In this document: in pieces, positions 59,010 through 64,000 of the stretch
Layout: each line of letters starts with the position of its first letter
Position numbering within the stretch: position 1 is the first letter of the stretch
Source: Chloroflexota bacterium
GTDB taxonomy: Bacteria > Chloroflexota > Limnocylindria > Limnocylindrales > CSP1-4
Direction of reading: 5' to 3'
NCBI GenBank assembly: GCA_040755495.1
Contig: JBFMAT010000014.1
Span: 7,764 to 71,763 of the forward strand
DNA length: 64,000 bases
The notes under the pieces: generated by a model
The model's input: only the letters and a program-made list of their open reading frames with translations
Told to the model about the DNA's origin: nothing
Database searches by the model: none
Made by a program: the position numbers and the translations under genes

Positions 59010-60179
59010 ATGCCCACCTCCCGAACCGCGCGCGGCGAGTCCGGCCGCCCGCCGGCCCACGAGCCACGCCACGAGCCGCGCCTCCGCCCGAGCGAGGAGC
59101 GTCTCGCGAGCGCGTCCCGCACCACGCGCTGGATCGCCTGGCTGGCCCTCGCCGTCGCCGGCATCGCGCTGGGGTTCGCGGCCTCGCGCGTGCTCCTGCC
59201 GTCTGACGCCGGCTGCCAGACCGCTGCCTGGGACGTCACGCCGGCGACGGGGGACCTCCCGGTCGGCTGGTCCGTCAGCTCCAGCCAGTACGACGTCAGC
59301 CGCAAGCAGATGACGCTCCTGGGACCGCTGCCCGAGGACGAGCTGACCAGCCAGGCGGTCCTGTACGCCACGATCACCTGCTTCCCGCAGGGGGCCACGG
59401 ACTCCGTGACCCGGTCCGGCGAGGCCGCCAGCGCCGCCGGCCAGACGGTGACCGCGCGCGACGACCTCGGCGACCAGGCGTTCACGGCGGAGGACGCCTC
59501 GGGCTCGACGTTCATCCAGTTCCGCCGCGGCAGCATCGTCGTGTACCTGGCGGCGTCGAGCGACGCCACCGTCGGCGAGGCCGAGGGCGTGGCGTCGGCG
59601 TTCGACATCGCGATGGGCGGCGACGGGATCCAGACCGCGATCGGCACGCCGGACCCGGGCGCGGCGAGCCCCAGCGAGACGATCGCCAGCGCGGAGCCGT
59701 CCACCGAGCCGTCCGACAGCGCGACCCCGGCCGCGGCGGAGCTCGAGGCCGCCCTGCCGGCCACGGTCGGGGACATCGCGCTCACGATCGAGAGCGCGAT
59801 CGGGACCGACATCCTGGGCGAGGACCAGGGCAGCCGGGCCATCACCGCGGCCCTCCGCCAGGCCGGCAAGACGCCAGGGGACCTGCGGGTCGCCCAGGCC
59901 TACGACGCCAACGGCGAGGCGGACCTGTCGTTCCTCGTCATCCGGGTGGAGGGCATGGAGCTCGAGGCCCTGACCACCCTGGTCAAGGGCTCCTGGCTGG
60001 CCGCCTCGGGTGCGGGCGTCACGCAGGCGCCGGTCACCCTCGCCGGCAGGACCTTCACGCTGATCGACTACGGCGACGAGGGGACGATGAGCTACCTGCT
60101 GGCCGAGGGCGACACCGTCCTGATCATCGAGACCGCGGACGCCGAGCTCGCCGCGCAGGCGGCCGCCGCGCTGCCCTGA
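59010..60179 (+). CDS. Membrane-anchored extracytoplasmic protein (single N-terminal TM), unknown
   Basis: WIAWLALAVAGIALGFAASRVLL TM after an Arg-rich cytoplasmic N-terminus. Acidic, Ala-rich ectodomain. Confidence 0.45.
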   Translation: MPTSRTARGESGRPPAHEPRHEPRLRPSEERLASASRTTRWIAWLALAVAGIALGFAASRVLLPSDAGCQTAAWDVTPATGDLPVGWSVSSSQYDVSRKQMTLLGPLPEDELTSQAVLYATITCFPQGATDSVTRSGEAASAAGQTVTARDDLGDQAFTAEDASGSTFIQFRRGSIVVYLAASSDATVGEAEGVASAFDIAMGGDGIQTAIGTPDPGAASPSETIASAEPSTEPSDSATPAAAELEAALPATVGDIALTIESAIGTDILGEDQGSRAITAALRQAGKTPGDLRVAQAYDANGEADLSFLVIRVEGMELEALTTLVKGSWLAASGAGVTQAPVTLAGRTFTLIDYGDEGTMSYLLAEGDTVLIIETADAELAAQAAAALP

Positions 60180-60352
60180 CCGAGGACGGGCCCGCCAGAG
60201 GTGCCCCGGGCACCGCCAGGGCACGCGCCCGCACATCCGCCCCACACCGCACCGTGCCGCTCCCGACCGCACTTCCGCGCACCCGGTCCACGGCGTATGC
60301 TCCGCGCTGAGGGACCCGCCGCCGGGCGGACCGCGTCGCTCGAGGAGGGAAC

Positions 60353-60859
60353 GTGCGCGAACCTCTCGTGGCCTGGGCCGAGGATTGCGTCGTGCGGGGC
60401 GAGGTCGACCTCGCCGATGGTCGGTTGAGCGACGTCGTCAACGAGCTCGACTTCCTGACCTTCACCGCCGCCAGCCTCGAGGCGCTCGAGGACGGCCGGA
60501 CGGTGGACGTGGGCGAGCTCGAGGTCGAGCGCCGGGACCTCCACCTGATCGAGGTCCACGGGCGGCGTGGCGACCCGGTCCGGCGCCTGCGGACGATCGA
60601 GGAACGGGTGGTCCTCGAGGTGGGCCCGTTCACCGTGACCGGCAACCTCCACCGGCCGCCCAACACCCAGCCGATGGCGGCGCTGGCCCGCTGGTCGCGG
60701 TTCGTGCCGGTCACGGACGCAGTGTTCCGCCTCGGTCCGGACACGCCCGAGCGGCACGAGGCGGTGCTGCTCGTCAACCGCGACCGGATCGCGAAGTCGC
60801 AGCCCCTCCACTACATGCCGTCGCGCAGCGATCCCTGGGACGGCGCCCAGCCGGCCTGA
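60353..60859 (+). CDS. Hypothetical protein, paralog B of the same uncharacterised family
   Basis: GTG start with a GAGGAGGG RBS. Shares AEDC, LADGR, VNE, RRDL, GP..V.G..H.PP, VP.T.A and VNRD blocks with 57764..58453. Confidence 0.5.
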   Translation: MREPLVAWAEDCVVRGEVDLADGRLSDVVNELDFLTFTAASLEALEDGRTVDVGELEVERRDLHLIEVHGRRGDPVRRLRTIEERVVLEVGPFTVTGNLHRPPNTQPMAALARWSRFVPVTDAVFRLGPDTPERHEAVLLVNRDRIAKSQPLHYMPSRSDPWDGAQPA

Positions 60860-60946
60860 GCGCCGCCCGTCAGGGCCACCCACCGCGGAGCGCGCTGACC
60901 GCGTGTCACGGGCGCGTCACCGTTGCCCGCGAGGCTTGGGACCGCG

Positions 60947-61690
60947 ATGATGCCGTTCATGCCCGCCCCCGGCCGCGACGCCGCCCCGATCCTCGTCGTG
61001 GACGACGACCCCAAGATCGTCGCCCTCGTGCGCACGTACCTCGAGCGCGAGCGCTACCGCGTCGTGACCGCGTCGACGGGCCGGGCGGCCCTGCGCGAGA
61101 TCGCCGCGCACCCCCGGTTGGTGGTGCTGGACCTGATGATCCCGGAGCTGGACGGGATCGAGGTCATCCGACGGGCTCGCCAGTTCGACGACGTGCCGAT
61201 CCTCGTGCTCTCGGCCCGAGGCGCCGTCGGCGACCGGATCGAGGCGCTCACCGAGGGCGCGGACGACTACCTGCCCAAGCCGTTCTCGCCGGCCGAGCTG
61301 GTGGTCAGGGTGCGGACGATCCTGCGCCGGGCGGAGCGCGGGGCCGGCACGCCGGACGACGTCGTGCTGGCCGGTGCCGGCCTGGAGCTGGACGTGGGCC
61401 GGCACGCCGCGACCGTGGACGGCCGGCCGGTCGCGCTGAGCGCACTCGAGCTCCGGCTGCTCGCCGCGCTGCTCGAGGCGGACGGCCGGGTCCTGACCCG
61501 CGACCAGCTGCTGGACGCGATCCACGGCGTGGGCGAGGGCGACGTCACGGACCGCGCCATCGACCAGTACGTCAAGCGGCTGCGCGAGAAGCTGGGCGAC
61601 GACCCGGCGGAGCCCCGGTTCGTGGCCACGGTCCGCGGCGCCGGCTATCGGGCCGCCATGCCGGTGGAGCGCCGGGCGGCGGCTCGATGA
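60947..61690 (+). CDS. OmpR-family two-component response regulator
   Basis: Receiver motifs (ILVVDDDPKI, VLDLMIPELDG, DDYLPKPF) plus a winged-helix C-terminus. Confidence 0.85.
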   Translation: MMPFMPAPGRDAAPILVVDDDPKIVALVRTYLERERYRVVTASTGRAALREIAAHPRLVVLDLMIPELDGIEVIRRARQFDDVPILVLSARGAVGDRIEALTEGADDYLPKPFSPAELVVRVRTILRRAERGAGTPDDVVLAGAGLELDVGRHAATVDGRPVALSALELRLLAALLEADGRVLTRDQLLDAIHGVGEGDVTDRAIDQYVKRLREKLGDDPAEPRFVATVRGAGYRAAMPVERRAAAR

Positions 61691-62760
61691 GCGCGCCCCG
61701 GTTCGGGATCTCGGCCCGCATCCTGGTGGCGGCGCTGGCCGTCGCCGGGGTGGCCCTCGCGATCGTCGCCGTCGGCGTCCTGCGCATCGGCGCCGAGTCG
61801 TTCATGGCGCTGATGATGGCCGCCGGGGACAGCGCGGACCACGCCCACGCGATGTTCGACACCAGCGTCACGCTGGTGTTCGCGCTCGCGGCGGGCGTCG
61901 CGGCGGTCGTGGCCGTCCTCGTCGCTCTGGCGCTGGCGCGGCGCCTGGCGCGGCCGATCGAGCGGCTCGCCGCCGCCGCCGCGCGCATCGCGGAGGGCGA
62001 CCTGGGCGCCCGCGTGCCCGAGGAGGGCCCGGCCGAGCTGCGCGCCCTGGCGGCCTCGTACAACACGATGGCCGCCCGGCTCGCGGAGCAGGAGGCGATC
62101 CGGCGCGAGTTCATCGTCAATGCCTCGCACGAGCTGCGGACGCCGCTGACGAACCTCCAGGGCTACCTCGAGGCGCTGCGCGACGGCGTCCTGCCCCCGG
62201 ACCCCGCCACGTTCGACTCGCTGCGCGAGGAGGTGGACCGGCTCACCCGGCTGGCGGCGTCGCTGGACGTCCTGGCCGGGGCCGAGCGGCGCCCGGGCAC
62301 GCCCCGCGAGGTGGACGTGGCGTCGCTCGTGCGCGGCGCCGCGGACCTCGTCGCCCCGGCGCTGGCCCGCCGCTCGATCGCGCTGTCGATGGACGTCGCG
62401 CCCGGCATCCTCGCCAGCGTCCGCGCCGACGAGCTCACCCAGGTCCTGGCCAACCTGCTCCAGAACGCCGTCCGCTACACGCCCGAGGGCGGCCAGGTCC
62501 GCGTCTCGGCCACGCGTACGGCGGAGGGCATCGACATCCGCGTCGCCAACACCGGCCCGGGCATCCCGGAGGCCGACCTGCCGCGCGTCTGGGAGCGCTT
62601 CTACCGGGTGGAGAAGTCGCGCGACCGGGAGCGGGGCGGGGCCGGCATCGGCCTCGCGATCGTGCGCCAGCTGGTGGAGGCGGCGGGCGGCGCCGTCGGC
62701 GTGACCAGCGAGGGCGGCTGGACGACGTTCCTCGTCACGCTCCCGTCGACGTCGCGGTGA
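61687..62760 (+). CDS. Sensor histidine kinase (2 TM, HAMP, HisKA, HATPase_c)
   Basis: H-box NASHELRTPL; N, G1 and G2 boxes (NLLQNAVRYT, NTGPGIP, GGAGIGLAIV). ATGA overlap with the response regulator. Confidence 0.85.
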   Translation: MSAPRFGISARILVAALAVAGVALAIVAVGVLRIGAESFMALMMAAGDSADHAHAMFDTSVTLVFALAAGVAAVVAVLVALALARRLARPIERLAAAAARIAEGDLGARVPEEGPAELRALAASYNTMAARLAEQEAIRREFIVNASHELRTPLTNLQGYLEALRDGVLPPDPATFDSLREEVDRLTRLAASLDVLAGAERRPGTPREVDVASLVRGAADLVAPALARRSIALSMDVAPGILASVRADELTQVLANLLQNAVRYTPEGGQVRVSATRTAEGIDIRVANTGPGIPEADLPRVWERFYRVEKSRDRERGGAGIGLAIVRQLVEAAGGAVGVTSEGGWTTFLVTLPSTSR

Positions 62761-64000
62761 CGAACCGGTCGCGCGCCGGCAGCACGACCGTCGGCCCCAC
62801 CAGGGTCACCTCGGCGACCAGCGGCAGGTCCGTCGACGAACGGCCGACGAACAGCCGCACGCGCCCGGGATCGACGACCCGGCGATAGTCGGCGCCGGTG
62901 TAGGCGAGCAGCTCGACGGGCATCCGGAAGGTGACCGTCCGGCGCTCGCCGGGTGCCAGCGACACGCGCCGGAACCCGCACAGCGCGAGCACCGGCCGGG
63001 CCACCGTCGCGTCCTCGTCGCGCGCGTACAGCTGGACGACCTCGTCACCCGGGCGATCGCCGGTGTTGGCCACCTCCACGGACACCGCCAGCTCGCCGTC
63101 CTCGGTCGGCACCTCGGTGGCCTCGAGCCGGAGCCCGGTCAGGGCGAACGTGGTGTACGACAGGCCGTGCCCGAACGGCCACAGCGGCGACACCGGGCCG
63201 TCGACATAGTCGCCCTTCCACTGCGAGCGACCCCCGGACGGGTGGTGGCGGTAGGTCAGCGGCACCCGGCCGGCATCGCGCGGCACGGTGACCGGGAGCT
63301 TGCCGCCCGGGCTCACGTCGCCGATCAGCACGTCCGCGATCGCCTCCGGTCCCTCGTCGCCCGGCACCCAGGCGAGCAGGATCGCGGCGCAGTGCTCGGC
63401 GGCCCACTCGAGGGCCAGCGGGCGACCGCTGACCACGACCAGCACGGTCGGCGTCCCGGTCGCCACCACCGCCTCCAGCAGCTCCTGCTGGCGGCCGAGG
63501 AGGCCCAGCCCGCGCCGGTCGCGGAACTCGCCGGTGGTCGCGTCATCGGTCAGGCCGGAGCGCTCGCCGAGCACGACGATCGCCACGTCCGACGCCCGGG
63601 CGAGCTCGACCGCCTCGGCGATGCCGGCGTCGTCCCCGTCGCGGATCCCGCTCCCCGCCGCGTGGCGGACCTCGGCGCCCGCCAGCCGGCCGCGGATCGC
63701 GTCCAGGAGCGTGCGTCGCCCGGTCAGCTCGTCGCCCGGCGCCATCGTGCGGCCGGGCCCCACGATCCCCAGCGCGTTCCCCTCGCCCTGCATCTCGCGC
63801 AGCGTCTGCATGTGGACGAGGTGGCTGTAGTCGCCCAGCAGGTCGCGGGCGCTGTCGGCGATCGGGCCCAGCACGGCGACCCGCGCCAGGCCGGGCGCCA
63901 GCGGCAGCACGCCGTCGTTGCGCACCAGGACCAGCGACCGCCGGGCCAGCTCGCGGCCGATCCGGCTCTCGTCCGCCGCCAGGGCCTCGAGCTCGGCCTC
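62735..64000 (-). CDS. Glycoside hydrolase family 3 (beta-glucosidase/xylosidase), C-terminal two-thirds; gene runs off window end
   Basis: LVRNDGVLPL and VLVVVSGRPL motifs, then an FnIII-like C-terminal domain (EVVQLYARDE). The reading frame stays open to position 64000. Confidence 0.8.
   Translation of the reverse strand, partial: EAELEALAADESRIGRELARRSLVLVRNDGVLPLAPGLARVAVLGPIADSARDLLGDYSHLVHMQTLREMQGEGNALGIVGPGRTMAPGDELTGRRTLLDAIRGRLAGAEVRHAAGSGIRDGDDAGIAEAVELARASDVAIVVLGERSGLTDDATTGEFRDRRGLGLLGRQQELLEAVVATGTPTVLVVVSGRPLALEWAAEHCAAILLAWVPGDEGPEAIADVLIGDVSPGGKLPVTVPRDAGRVPLTYRHHPSGGRSQWKGDYVDGPVSPLWPFGHGLSYTTFALTGLRLEATEVPTEDGELAVSVEVANTGDRPGDEVVQLYARDEDATVARPVLALCGFRRVSLAPGERRTVTFRMPVELLAYTGADYRRVVDPGRVRLFVGRSSTDLPLVAEVTLVGPTVVLPARDRFVTATSTGA

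Overview
This 64 kb window has about 72% GC and no rRNA, tRNA, CRISPR array or transposase/integrase that I could recognise. The GC content and gene content (a fused MoaD-MoaE like mycobacterial MoaX, an ECF sigma/anti-sigma pair, HtrA) suggest an actinobacterium-like genome; this is inference only. Gene calls rest on reading the supplied six-frame ORFs for recognisable motifs; no database search was run. Because of the high GC, many long antisense ORFs in the track are spurious. True starts were refined by hand using RBS-like motifs and ATGA/GTGA start-stop overlaps.

The window holds six functional blocks:

1. **1-12.8 kb, cell-surface polysaccharide locus.** It contains two divergent glucose-1-phosphate cytidylyltransferase (rfbF) paralogs, SDR epimerase/dehydratases, an RmlC-like epimerase, an oxidoreductase, two GT4 glycosyltransferases, a PIG-L deacetylase, a Wzz-like protein and an O-antigen ligase/polymerase-like protein. 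A TPP-dependent acetolactate-synthase-like gene sits next to the CDP-sugar genes, which is a YerE-like context for branched-chain sugar synthesis.
2. **12.9-21 kb, miscellaneous genes.** These are a zinc-ribbon membrane protein with an in-frame repeat and a coupled partner, an MBL-fold hydrolase, a membrane protein, a fused MoaD-MoaE, a large Ala-rich hypothetical, and an HxlR regulator divergent from an HtrA-like protease.
3. **21-28 kb, amino-acid catabolism.** A tryptophanase/tyrosine phenol-lyase family gene is followed by a leucine-catabolic liu/mcc block (crotonase, methylcrotonyl-CoA carboxylase beta and alpha, HMG-CoA lyase).
4. **28-31.6 kb.** A secreted/anchored protein, an ECF sigma and anti-sigma factor, and a two-domain SRPBCC protein with an 18-bp in-frame repeat.
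5. **31.6-40.7 kb, glycan uptake and catabolism.** A LacI-controlled peptide-type (Dpp/Opp family) ABC transporter is divergently linked to a GH1 beta-glucosidase and a GH130 phosphorylase, with a perfect 16-bp palindrome in the shared promoter.
6. **43.4-56 kb, the most interesting block: a corrinoid-dependent methyltransferase island.** It has three uninterrupted (non-pyrrolysine) MttB-family methyltransferase paralogs, a B12-binding corrinoid protein, a RACo-like reductive activator with a 2Fe-2S motif, a methylene-THF reductase with a Cys-rich C-terminal domain, a pterin-binding methyltransferase, and DUF1638, SRPBCC, Mth938-like and URO-D-family accessory genes. This matches a quaternary-amine (betaine-type) demethylation system whose substrates are unknown.
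7. **56-64 kb, signalling.** A GGDEF/HD-GYP protein, two paralogous proteins of unknown function flanking conserved hypotheticals, an OmpR/histidine-kinase pair, and a partial GH3 gene running off the window end.
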